Under the pieces are notes generated by a model. It saw nothing but the letters and a program-made list of their open reading frames with translations. It was not told the origin of the DNA and ran no database searches. A stretch of DNA of 64,000 nt from Candidatus Nomurabacteria bacterium (lineage in GTDB: Bacteria > Patescibacteriota > WWE3 > UBA101185 > UBA10185), in assembly GCA_020631855.1 (NCBI GenBank), contig JACKGU010000001.1:447597-511596 (forward strand), read 5' to 3'. This document shows, one piece after another, positions 1 through 8,820 of the stretch. Position 1 is the stretch's first letter. Each line of letters opens with the position of its first letter. A program made the translations under genes and the position numbers.

Positions 1-1432
1 TTATATAGCCACTTTTATCCAGCACCACATCTAAGAGCTCAAGGGTAGTTGAGTCCTTGGCCAACAAGCTCAAACCAACAAAATCTACCTTCGTTCTTCT
101 ACTTATTTCCTCAAGATTCCATCCCCCTTCTTCAAGCTCGGCCTGACCTTTTATACCTATTCCCCGAGAGGGTACGTTAATAATTCTTTGCCATGAAATT
201 GTATCTTGTGGATTATACAGAACCTTTAAATACGAGGTTATATCTTTGATTTCTTTTCTTGCATAAAACCTGAAACCCCCTACGATTCTATACGGAATGT
301 TATTTTTTATAAGCTGCTCTTCAATGTTTCGAGACTGAGCATTTGTTCTATATAAAATAGCAATATCATTTAAGGTTATGAGAGGAGACCTAGTTCTATC
401 AGAAACTATCTCGGTTATCTTATTAACTACATAGCCGGCCTCGTCGATCTCAGAGTCTGCGGTATAAAGTTCTATCAAATCGCCCTCAACCTTCTCGGTC
501 CAAAGATCAAGCTCAATGTGGCTAGTATTATTTTTAATAATGCTTTTTGCCGCATCTAAAATTATTTGAGTCGATCTATAGTTACGCTCAAGATTGAAAA
601 TACGAGCATCAGGGTAGTCTGTTTGAAAATTTAAAATATTCCTGTAATTTGCGCCTCGAAAACTATAAATGGCCTGCGACATGTCACCTACAACAAAAAT
701 GTTTTTGGATCCGTTTGACAAATTTTTGGTTAACACGTACTGTGCTTTATTTGTATCTTGGTACTCGTCTACTAAAATGTATTTGAATTTATTTTGATAC
801 TTTAACAACACTTCCGGTCTTTTCTCAAACAATAAAACGGCCTGCACCAACAAATCATCAAAATCTAGAGCGTTGTTATCTCTAAGCCTTTTTTGATACT
901 CAGGGTATATTCTTGCGACAGTTCTTTGAAAATATCCCTGAGCGTAATTTGCATAATCGGTCGACAAAATAAGCTCAGACTTTGCGCTGGAAATAGTAGC
1001 AAGCACTGCGTTCGGATTATACTGCTTAGGGTCAAGGCCAAAATCTTTAAGAATACGTTTTATTAATGCGACCTGATCGTCGGTATCGTAAATAACGAAA
1101 GTGCTGGGTATATTTATTTCCTTGCCGTCTATTCTTAATATTTTGGCACAAATAGAATGAAAGGTTCCCGACCAAGCAAGCTTTGTACTTCCTGCTTGAA
1201 GATTTCTTAGCAACTTTGCCACACGCTCATTTATCTCTCCCGAAGCTTTATTAGTAAAAGTTACGCACAAAATATTGAAGGGGCTAATGCCGTGATTAAA
1301 AATTAAATTTGCAACTCTGTAGGTTAAAACTCGTGTTTTTCCGCTTCCAGGGCCAGCAACAACCAACGCCGGCCCATCAACATGAAGCGCTGCCTCTTTT
1401 TGCTGTTCATTTAATTCGTTTAGAAAATCCAT
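1..1432 (-). CDS. UvrD/PcrA/Rep-family ATP-dependent DNA helicase (N-terminal ~477 aa; gene continues past window start)
   Basis: Reverse-strand translation from ATG at 1432: MDFLNELNEQQKEAALHVDGPALVVAGPGSGKTRVLTYR... The Walker A motif GPGSGKT and UvrD helicase motifs Ia-III are recognisable. No stop before position 1, so it is 3'-truncated by the window edge. Confidence 0.85.
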   Translation of the reverse strand, partial: MDFLNELNEQQKEAALHVDGPALVVAGPGSGKTRVLTYRVANLIFNHGISPFNILCVTFTNKASGEINERVAKLLRNLQAGSTKLAWSGTFHSICAKILRIDGKEINIPSTFVIYDTDDQVALIKRILKDFGLDPKQYNPNAVLATISSAKSELILSTDYANYAQGYFQRTVARIYPEYQKRLRDNNALDFDDLLVQAVLLFEKRPEVLLKYQNKFKYILVDEYQDTNKAQYVLTKNLSNGSKNIFVVGDMSQAIYSFRGANYRNILNFQTDYPDARIFNLERNYRSTQIILDAAKSIIKNNTSHIELDLWTEKVEGDLIELYTADSEIDEAGYVVNKITEIVSDRTRSPLITLNDIAILYRTNAQSRNIEEQLIKNNIPYRIVGGFRFYARKEIKDITSYLKVLYNPQDTISWQRIINVPSRGIGIKGQAELEEGGWNLEEISRRTKVDFVGLSLLAKDSTTLELLDVVLDKSGYI

Positions 1433-1491
1433 TATTTTTTTATTAACTATTGAAACTTCACAACACGAACCAAAAGCTATAATATTGAATA

Positions 1492-2016
1492 GTGAAGTTT
1501 GCTATAATAGCTTCGATTTTAATTGTTTTGTCTGTTGTATTATACACGCTAAGAACAGACCAAATAGTATCAATACATGATTTATCAAATAAAATTACAA
1601 AACGCATGAAACGAGAGAGCCCAAAATATGACAAAAAAATGGTCGTTAACAATATAGAAATGAGTGTGGCTTTAGCAATATCAAAAGAGGAGCAAACACA
1701 AGGCCTGATGGAAATTTCAACACTGCCCGATAACGCCGGAATGCTGTTTATATTTGATCAAGAAGGTGGGTGGGGATTTTGGATGAAGAACACGCTTATA
1801 CCTCTGGACATGATCTGGATAAATAAAAGTTTTGAAATAGTGGATATTCAAACTGCACCCCCCTGCCCCCCAGAAGAAAAAGACTGCCCCGCCTACAGAC
1901 CCACAGTTCCGGCAAAATATGTTCTAGAAGTAAACGGGGGATGGGCCAAAAGAAACAATGTCACAGTGGGAAATAAAGTTAACATTGATAGAATTTTATC
2001 GGACGTTAGCCTTTAA
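1492..2016 (+). CDS. DUF192 (COG1430) family protein with N-terminal hydrophobic anchor
   Basis: N-terminal TM/signal segment, then DUF192-like conserved blocks GLM...GMLFIF...FWMKNTLIPLDMIW...YVLEVNGGW. Confidence 0.6.
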   Translation: MKFAIIASILIVLSVVLYTLRTDQIVSIHDLSNKITKRMKRESPKYDKKMVVNNIEMSVALAISKEEQTQGLMEISTLPDNAGMLFIFDQEGGWGFWMKNTLIPLDMIWINKSFEIVDIQTAPPCPPEEKDCPAYRPTVPAKYVLEVNGGWAKRNNVTVGNKVNIDRILSDVSL

Positions 2017-2139
2017 TACAGGCCTCTTGGCAAAGCTCCAGAATCAAATTCTTAGGTTCGAATTATAAAAAAACAAAACTTATGATATGATTTGTATGTT
2101 TCAACCTAAAAAAGTAATTAAATTTCGGAGAATATAACA

Positions 2140-2406
2140 ATGATTAAAATAGTAGATTTTTATGCGGACTGGTGCGGCCCCTGCCAAATGATGAAGCCTG
2201 TATTTCACGAACTGGAAAAGGAATACGAAGGCAAAATAGAATTTAAACAGGTAGATGTAGAGGCCGACAACGCCACTGCTGCAAAATTTGGTGTTATGAG
2301 CATACCAACCTTCGTCATACTCAAAGACGAAAAAGAGATTGATAGAAGAATGGGCGCCATGCCAAAAGAAATGATGAAAAAATGGCTCGACAGCCATCTG
2401 GAATAA
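2140..2406 (+). CDS. trxA: thioredoxin
   Basis: 88 aa with WCGPCQ active-site motif and thioredoxin fold order (ADWCGPCQ...SIPT). Confidence 0.85.
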   Translation: MIKIVDFYADWCGPCQMMKPVFHELEKEYEGKIEFKQVDVEADNATAAKFGVMSIPTFVILKDEKEIDRRMGAMPKEMMKKWLDSHLE

Positions 2407-2416
2407 ACTTGCAAAT

Positions 2417-3469
2417 ATGATAAAAGCCACTGCCCAGCCAAACAAAAAAACCAGAATTGCAATTAACGGCTTCGGTCGTATAGGACGCGCCGCATTAAAA
2501 ATAGCCCTCTCAAAGCCCGAAGCCGAAGTTGTAGCCATAAACGATCTTTCCGACCCCGAAGCTTTAGCATACTACCTCAAGCATGACTCTGCGTATAAAA
2601 ACACCGAGCTTGATATATCAATACTTCATGAAAGTGACCGAAACTATATGGTTATAGGTTCGAGCAAAGTAGCAATGTTTGCAGAAGCCGATCCTAAAAA
2701 TTTGCCATGGAAAAACCTTAATGTAGATGTGGTTTTGGAATGCACAGGATTTTTTACAAAAGACGGCTCTGCTTCTGCCCACCTTGATGCCGGAGCAACA
2801 AAAGTCGTGATCTCAGCACCTGCAAAAGGAGGAAATATTCAAACCTTTCTTCTTGGAGTAAACGACAAGCAGTATTTGGGCCAAAACATAGTGTCTAACG
2901 CTTCCTGCACTACAAATTGTATTTCTCCCATAGTTTCAATAATAAATAAAGAGATGGGCATTGTAAAATCAATTATGACAACGGTACACGCCGTTACTTC
3001 GACACAAAATATCGTAGACAGTATGCCTAAGAAAGGCTCTTCAGATCTGAGAAAAGGCCGTGCGGGCTTTACCAACATGATTCCTACAACAACCGGGGCT
3101 GCGATAGCAACCACCGAAGTCCTGCCTGAACTTAAAGGTCTTTTTGACGGCGTATCCATAAGAGTTCCTGTAATTACCGGCTCACTCGCCGACATAACTA
3201 TGCTTGTAAGAAAAAAGACTACAGTCGAAGAAATTAACAGCGTCTTAGAGAAAGCGGCCTCTACAGAAGGCTTAAAAGGGGTGCTGAAGGTTACGCACGA
3301 ACAGCTTGTCTCATCAGACATAATAGGTGATCCGCACTCAGCTATTGTTGATGCTTCAATGACAAAAGTCGTAGACGGCGACCTTGTTAAAGTTTTGGCC
3401 TGGTACGACAACGAATGGGGCTATAGCAACAGATTGGTTGAGCTCGCGTTGACTATAGCACAAGTATAA
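2417..3469 (+). CDS. gap: glyceraldehyde-3-phosphate dehydrogenase
   Basis: INGFGRIGR NAD-binding motif, active-site ASCTTNC, C-terminal WYDNEWGYS. Confidence 0.9.
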   Translation: MIKATAQPNKKTRIAINGFGRIGRAALKIALSKPEAEVVAINDLSDPEALAYYLKHDSAYKNTELDISILHESDRNYMVIGSSKVAMFAEADPKNLPWKNLNVDVVLECTGFFTKDGSASAHLDAGATKVVISAPAKGGNIQTFLLGVNDKQYLGQNIVSNASCTTNCISPIVSIINKEMGIVKSIMTTVHAVTSTQNIVDSMPKKGSSDLRKGRAGFTNMIPTTTGAAIATTEVLPELKGLFDGVSIRVPVITGSLADITMLVRKKTTVEEINSVLEKAASTEGLKGVLKVTHEQLVSSDIIGDPHSAIVDASMTKVVDGDLVKVLAWYDNEWGYSNRLVELALTIAQV

Positions 3470-3553
3470 TCTAGAATTTTACAACAAAGTTTATAATTTA
3501 AAGAAAGAGTTGGGCCCTGTAAACTGCTCACAGAGCAATCAACGCAAATTAAA

Positions 3554-3919
3554 ATGGAACTGAACGACCAAGTAATAAAACGCAGATTAAAAATAATTGA
3601 CGACCTCACAACAGAACTTAGAGAGCTAAAATCCCAAATAGATGACTCTCTTGAAAACAATCCGGACCTTCAGGAATTAGAAGAGCAGATGACGCAGGTA
3701 CGCGAGGCAGTTAAAGAAAAAAAACAAAAAGCATTAGAAACCGAATCTCATAAGAGATTGCAAGAAGAGATAAGGCAAAAAAGGCAGGAAATCACTGAAA
3801 ACAAAGAGACCCTTTCGCAAGAACTTGCAGATTACTACGCACAAAGCGGCCTAATGGAAATTGAAGATCACGAAGGAAATATTAAAAAAATGAAATTTTC
3901 AGTTAAGCTGGTTAGCTAA
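3554..3919 (+). CDS. hypothetical coiled-coil protein
   Basis: 121 aa, highly charged (E/K/Q-rich) heptad-like sequence. No recognisable catalytic motif. Confidence 0.4.
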   Translation: MELNDQVIKRRLKIIDDLTTELRELKSQIDDSLENNPDLQELEEQMTQVREAVKEKKQKALETESHKRLQEEIRQKRQEITENKETLSQELADYYAQSGLMEIEDHEGNIKKMKFSVKLVS

Positions 3920-3962
3920 ACCTTATCTTATTGACGACACAAGTACTGGAAAGGTGTAAAGG

Positions 3963-5516
3963 CTATTTTTGTATATAAAGTATATAATCCCCTGTATTCA
4001 GGTCCTCACGCTCAAGTTTCATGAATGTGGGGGGCACGCTTTGGTACTTAGTAGCAACAAAAATTGCCGAAGACGGATCCTTGGGCCTTAAATCTCCTTC
4101 GATAAACGGCCAATGATTGTAAGTATTAAGTGGGTCTTCAGGACTGTAAAGCCTCAAAGTCCTATTCTCTCCCAAGTAGTATCGTCCAACGGTATATTCA
4201 ACCGGAGCTAAAAAAACAATTTCTTTATCAAAATCTTGCAAGGCCGTAGCTACTCGCTTCATTCCAAAAAGATACGGATGCGGAATTATAGCCTGTACTA
4301 ATAAAAAATACCCAAGAACAACAAAAGCCCTGATTTCGAACGATAACGATTTTACAATTAAATAAGCGAACGAGGCCAAAAAGAATATTGAAGCAGGAAA
4401 TAGATACCGCTCAACATACAAGTTGTTATCGAGATAAAAGCTCGCGCCTATTAGAAGTAGCTGTGGCACAATAAATAACAGAGTCAAACGAACAAACTCG
4501 TTATTTATAAAAGCCAGAATCTGCTCAAGCACATTTCTATCGCTCTTGGAAATACTAAGAATTTTTCGAATGTATTTCGTAACTATAAAAAGGACTAAGC
4601 CAAAGTAAACAACCACCAAAAAAGCTCCCCATATGCGGGCGTCAAATATAAAATCTACGTCATTTAGCGTATCTTGCCCGGGCAACTTAACCTTCACGCC
4701 AAGAAGATAAGCTTCCATGCTGCGCGAAACGTTTGAGTAAGCTACCGGCCTGATCCATTCTTTGCTTGCTTGGGCCTTTATTGTAGTTTCACCGTAATAA
4801 TTGAAAACATATGCCTTAAAATACAACAGGGAAGCAAAAACTGTAATCAAAGCGAAAATCTTTGGCAACTGAGATTTTAGCGATGATTTCTGTAGTAATG
4901 AAGAAACGAAATCGAAAAAAACAATACCAAAAAAGGCTGAGACAACGGTAAAAGCCATGAGATGAGTAAAAAGAAGCGGCACTAAAACAACCGGCAATGC
5001 CCAATACTTACGGTGCGTGTAAAAATATAAAGCCAAAGTTCCTAAAAATCCGTAAAAACTATACGACCTTGCCTCCACCGAATATTCAACTAAAAATGGG
5101 CTGATGCTAACCAGCAAAGCCGCAACCAAAGCCGTTTCTCGATCTATGAATTTTTTTATACTTAAATAGATAAAAAGAATCGTAAGTACCCCAAAAACCA
5201 GAGCCGGCAAACGCAAAGTTACGTCAGAGACACCAATAACATTTGTCAGGTACCGCATTGCAATATTATAAAAAGGAGGGTGCGGATCGAGCTTCAGCTC
5301 CGACAGGTAAAGTGCTTTAGGAACGCGCATCAAAATCCCTGTGTATGCTTCATCGAACCATAAATCAGATTTAGTGAATTGTCTTAATCTTAAAAAGAGG
5401 CCTAGCACCATAATAAGCCAAATATCGGCGCTGTTTAGTATCGTTCTTAGAGAGCCGCTCATTCTTCCAACATACGAGGAAGTCTTCTTTCTGCTTGTCA
5501 CAAGGTCTTTGGTCAC
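3963..5516 (-). CDS. polytopic membrane glycosyltransferase, GT-C fold (ArnT/PMT-like, GT83/GT39-type)
   Basis: 517 aa with more than 10 predicted TM helices. First extracytoplasmic loop carries DLWFDEAYTG, resembling the ArnT WDEARYA / PMT DE motif. Confidence 0.55.
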   Translation of the reverse strand: MTKDLVTSRKKTSSYVGRMSGSLRTILNSADIWLIMVLGLFLRLRQFTKSDLWFDEAYTGILMRVPKALYLSELKLDPHPPFYNIAMRYLTNVIGVSDVTLRLPALVFGVLTILFIYLSIKKFIDRETALVAALLVSISPFLVEYSVEARSYSFYGFLGTLALYFYTHRKYWALPVVLVPLLFTHLMAFTVVSAFFGIVFFDFVSSLLQKSSLKSQLPKIFALITVFASLLYFKAYVFNYYGETTIKAQASKEWIRPVAYSNVSRSMEAYLLGVKVKLPGQDTLNDVDFIFDARIWGAFLVVVYFGLVLFIVTKYIRKILSISKSDRNVLEQILAFINNEFVRLTLLFIVPQLLLIGASFYLDNNLYVERYLFPASIFFLASFAYLIVKSLSFEIRAFVVLGYFLLVQAIIPHPYLFGMKRVATALQDFDKEIVFLAPVEYTVGRYYLGENRTLRLYSPEDPLNTYNHWPFIEGDLRPKDPSSAIFVATKYQSVPPTFMKLEREDLNTGDYILYIQK

Positions 5517-5850
5517 AGTATTATTTTATCACAGCAAAGGAAGCAAAAGCGCATGTAGCTCCCGTTCTATAACCTACGGCGTCAAACAGAAAAGTATTTG
5601 GTTATATTGCTGCCCTCTGCTATAATGCCTATTGCTATGTCAATAAAGAAAAAGAAAAACGACGCACAAAATAATAAGATGGCTCGCCGTTCAAGAAAAA
5701 AATCAAAACGAATAACTACTATGTAGTCTCTAACTTGTAGCGCCCGGGCCGGCTTTTAAATATTCCGGCCTTATCCAGCCAAAATGATAAAGCAATAAAA
5801 AGAGTAAATGCTTATATAAATCTCTGTGGTCGAGGTCTGTTTTAGTTAAA

Positions 5851-5972
5851 TTTATAATTTCGTTACTTAATACTATTTGCGCAAGATAGTAGATGTAGTT
5901 TACCCAGCATGTTGGTCTTTGCAACGTAAAGAAATTACAGCAAGCCGCCTGCTTAAGCTTGTGGTGGTTGAT
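5851..5972 (-). repeat. intergenic repeat family copy 1 (~120 nt), inverted relative to copy 2
   Basis: Reverse complement aligns along its full length with 7673-7793, 56201-56320, 62841-62962 and the reverse complement of 10612-10733. Shared core CTGTAATTTCTTT(A/G)C-NNN-GCAAAG...CATG(C/T)TGGGTAAACTAC...GTAACGAAATTATAAA. Confidence 0.8.
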
Positions 5973-6013
5973 AAATAGAAGCACTGTAGCAAAGACTGCA
6001 AATAACACTTAAA

Positions 6014-6793
6014 CTATGCGCTATCGCTACTTCCGCCGTACTTACGATCTCGTGTTGAATAGGCTTTAAGAGCCCTGTAAATAAGCTCTTCATCAAAATC
6101 GGGCAACAATACGTTTTCGGTGTAAAGTTCAGAGTAAACACTTTGCCAAGGCATCCATCCGCTTAACCTAAGCTCTCCGGCACCTCTAATAATAAGATCG
6201 GGGTAGGGGTATGGTTGATCGCCTGTATCGAGATAGCGCTTAAAAAATCGATAAGGGTATTTGTCGTGGTACATGCCATCGGTTTTTTCTAAATCACTAA
6301 AACTGATTTTTCCCTCCGTCACATCATCAAAGGCCTTCTTCATCGCTCTTAAAAGTTCGTCGTGCCCACCGTAGTCAAAAGCTATATTCAGGGTATGTTT
6401 GGTATTATTTAGTGTTTTTTCTTGCCACTTGTCGATAAGATCAATTACTTTTTTTGGCAGCCTATCTCTTCGCCCCAAGTGAATTAATCTTGCGCCGTCT
6501 TTATGGGCCTCGTTTCCCCACTTGTCTAAAGAGTAGGACAACAAACGAATTAGATTCTCAACCTCATTCTTATCACGATTTGCAAAATTTTCTGTTGATA
6601 AACCCCACACAGAGGCTGTATGAACCCCGATGACCCTGAGCTCTCTAGCCAGGGAGGCTATTACCTCTACGCCTTTGTTGTGACCTTCCATAGGAGAAAG
6701 TCCTCTTTGCCTTGCCCATGTTCTATTACCGTTAGGTAAAATGGCTATGTGGTTTGGCATTTTTTCAACTGGAATATCTCGATACTGACTCAT
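6014..6793 (-). CDS. uppS: undecaprenyl-diphosphate synthase (cis-prenyltransferase)
   Basis: HIAILPNGNRTWA (UPPS DGNxRWA-type motif), VIGVHTASVWGLSTENF, ELLRAMK, DLIIRGAGELRLSGW (the RTSGE-like C-terminal motif). Confidence 0.85.
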   Translation of the reverse strand: MSQYRDIPVEKMPNHIAILPNGNRTWARQRGLSPMEGHNKGVEVIASLARELRVIGVHTASVWGLSTENFANRDKNEVENLIRLLSYSLDKWGNEAHKDGARLIHLGRRDRLPKKVIDLIDKWQEKTLNNTKHTLNIAFDYGGHDELLRAMKKAFDDVTEGKISFSDLEKTDGMYHDKYPYRFFKRYLDTGDQPYPYPDLIIRGAGELRLSGWMPWQSVYSELYTENVLLPDFDEELIYRALKAYSTRDRKYGGSSDSA

Positions 6794-6857
6794 GTTTTAA
6801 CTTTTTATTTTACTAATAAAATCTACTAAAGATAGATGCCTTTCGTTTGTTTGTTTT

Positions 6858-7613
6858 ATGGCAGGCAAAACTAAACATGCTTTAACCTATTTAAGATCTA
6901 CGAGCTTGGTAATTATACCATTAAATATGCTGTATAATACACTTATGGACCTATTAGTTATCTCAAATTTTCTAGTAAAATACAAATACAAGCTTGTTCT
7001 TTCTTCAGCCCTTGGCATATTACTTGGGTCATTGGTTTTTATTACTCGCCCAACATACTTCAACGTAAGTCAAACCTATGCCATCTTAATTCAAACTGAA
7101 GAAAGCCCAAAACCTAAAATTCAACTACAAGCCGACCGATTATTTGATGCCGATTCTCCCCAAAATGAGGCGGAGGCTTTAACACGCTCCCTGGCCTGGA
7201 TAGCGCAATCCTCAAACTTTCAGTCATCCATAGAGGAAACGAGAATAAAATACAATAAACAAAATCCGCAGAAAGAAATTTCCGCAAACACAAAGATGAA
7301 AGTTCAGAACCCGGCACCGCACATACTACTAACAACTACCGTAGCGAGAGATAGAGAGTCTGCTTTCTGGTACCATAAAGTTTTAGAGCAGGCCCTGCAG
7401 GCACAAATTTTTGACCTTAATCCCACCATAGAACCTGACTTGAAACTTATCGTTTTAAACGAACAGCCCGAGATAAAGGAGGTTAAAGCCGCCCTACTTT
7501 ACTGGACAATCGTTGGAACGGCACTAGGTTTTGGGGGCGGGGCTTTTTTTCTAGCAACAAGGGAATACGTAAGCATGCAGCAAAATACAGTAAAAAAAGC
7601 GAAACGGAACTAA
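6858..7613 (+). CDS. bitopic membrane protein with Wzz/polysaccharide-copolymerase-like topology (hypothetical)
   Basis: One TM near the N-terminus and one near the C-terminus (LLYWTIVGTALGFGGGAFFLA) flank a ~180-aa hydrophilic domain. The call rests on topology only. Confidence 0.3.
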   Translation: MAGKTKHALTYLRSTSLVIIPLNMLYNTLMDLLVISNFLVKYKYKLVLSSALGILLGSLVFITRPTYFNVSQTYAILIQTEESPKPKIQLQADRLFDADSPQNEAEALTRSLAWIAQSSNFQSSIEETRIKYNKQNPQKEISANTKMKVQNPAPHILLTTTVARDRESAFWYHKVLEQALQAQIFDLNPTIEPDLKLIVLNEQPEIKEVKAALLYWTIVGTALGFGGGAFFLATREYVSMQQNTVKKAKRN

Positions 7614-7672
7614 TTTCGCATCAATTTTAAAGCGAGCTTAAAACACATAAACACACACTCCAACATATATAG

Positions 7673-7793
7673 ATCAACCACCACCAGCTTAAGCAGGCGG
7701 CCTGCTGTAATTTCTTTACGTTGCAAAGCTCAACATGCTGGATAAACTACAGCTACTATTTGCGTAAGTAGGTTTGAGTAACGAAATTATAAA
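7673..7793 (+). repeat. intergenic repeat family copy 2 (archetype)
   Basis: ATCAACCACCACCAGCTTAAGCAGGCGGCCTGCTGTAATTTCTTTACGTTGCAAAGCTCAACATGCTGGATAAACTACAGCTACTATTTGCGTAAGTAGGTTTGAGTAACGAAATTATAAA. Contains hairpins AGCAGG-CGG-CCTGCT and CTTT(A/G)C-NNN-GCAAAG. Ends ~10 nt before the GT2 gene start region. Confidence 0.8.
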
Positions 7794-7795
7794 TT

Positions 7796-8485
7796 GTGTA
7801 TAATGCTTTCATGAAACTAGCGCTAGTGGTCATTCCGGCTTACAACGAAGATTCGCAAATAGAACCTTTGCTGGGGCAAATCAAAGAAATTACTGATATT
7901 GACATAGTCGTTGTAAACGATGGCAGCACCGATAAAACACTGGAAGTATGCAAAAACCTAAACGTTAAATGTCTATCCCATTTAATAAATTTGGGATATG
8001 GGGCGGCCGTTAGAACGGGCTTTGCTTACGCAAAAAAACACCCAAACTACAAATATATTGTCACTATGGACGGAGACGGACAACATACCGTTGATCAATT
8101 AAAACTCTTATTGGAAGAGTGCAAAAAGAACCAGCTCGACCTTATAGTCGGAAGAAGGGTAAGAAAGGAGCAAATGCCAATAAGTAGAAAGGCTATTAAT
8201 GCTCTAGCCGACCTGTTTTTCTGGGCATTAAGCGGAAAGTACTTTGTAGACACACAGTCGGGACTTAAAGCAATACGTTTGAATTCCTTATATGATCTTG
8301 AGCTGAATTCCGTAGATTACGAACTTTGCACCGAGATCCTGCTAAAATATAGTAAAAAAAAGTGCAAAATAGGCTGGGTTGACATTGAAGCCCTGTACTC
8401 AGAATACTCACTTAACAAACCGGTTAAACAAAGGGTTATAAATGCTCTTTCAATGGTAATTAATTTGCTCAAAATATCTACATGA
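7796..8485 (+). CDS. family 2 glycosyltransferase, polyprenol-phosphate sugar transferase type (DPM1/GtrB/ArnC-like)
   Basis: LALVVIPAYNE...VVVNDGSTD...TMDGDGQH (DxD), typical GT2 N-terminal catalytic domain. It is short (229 aa) and lacks C-terminal TM helices. Confidence 0.85.
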   Translation: MYNAFMKLALVVIPAYNEDSQIEPLLGQIKEITDIDIVVVNDGSTDKTLEVCKNLNVKCLSHLINLGYGAAVRTGFAYAKKHPNYKYIVTMDGDGQHTVDQLKLLLEECKKNQLDLIVGRRVRKEQMPISRKAINALADLFFWALSGKYFVDTQSGLKAIRLNSLYDLELNSVDYELCTEILLKYSKKKCKIGWVDIEALYSEYSLNKPVKQRVINALSMVINLLKIST

Positions 8486-8820
8486 CTCTATATCAAATAA
8501 TATTATTAACGGCGCTTGGTATATTTTTTTTAAAACAACTAGTATCTATTAAAAAGACTTCGGGTAAAAACTTTTTTAGAACTTATGTGTGGCTGATACT
8601 TACGTTCGCCGGAGCGACTGTAATTGCCGACCCTCGACTGACCGCGGTGCTTGCACAAAAGTTCGGCATCGGTAGAGGTACTGATATTGTTGTATATACT
8701 GTGATCGGTTGGCTTTTCTACAAAATGTATAGGGCCGATCAGCAAATCTCCAAGCAACAAGAGCAATTGAACAAGCTAGTTAGCCGCATGGCCCTAAAAG
8801 ATACGAATGAGCAAAAATAA
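8482..8820 (+). CDS. small membrane protein, DUF2304-like, translationally coupled to the GT2 gene
   Basis: 112 aa with 2-3 TM helices. Its start overlaps the GT2 stop (ATGA). My recollection is that this family accompanies GT2 enzymes. I assigned the family from memory, not from a search. Confidence 0.45.
   Translation: MTLYQIILLTALGIFFLKQLVSIKKTSGKNFFRTYVWLILTFAGATVIADPRLTAVLAQKFGIGRGTDIVVYTVIGWLFYKMYRADQQISKQQEQLNKLVSRMALKDTNEQK

Noticed and set aside
2101-3411. Antisense ORFs inside trxA/gap (2101-2538, 2205-2462, 2839-3411) and similar antisense ORFs inside rpoD, the giant gene, kefB and helicases (e.g. 16174-16635, 17008-17313, 30810-30995, 43293-43835, 51382-51672)
   Set aside because: They lie wholly within well-supported genes on the opposite strand. 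Their composition is low-complexity or oddly hydrophobic, with no motifs. These are typical spurious ORFs.
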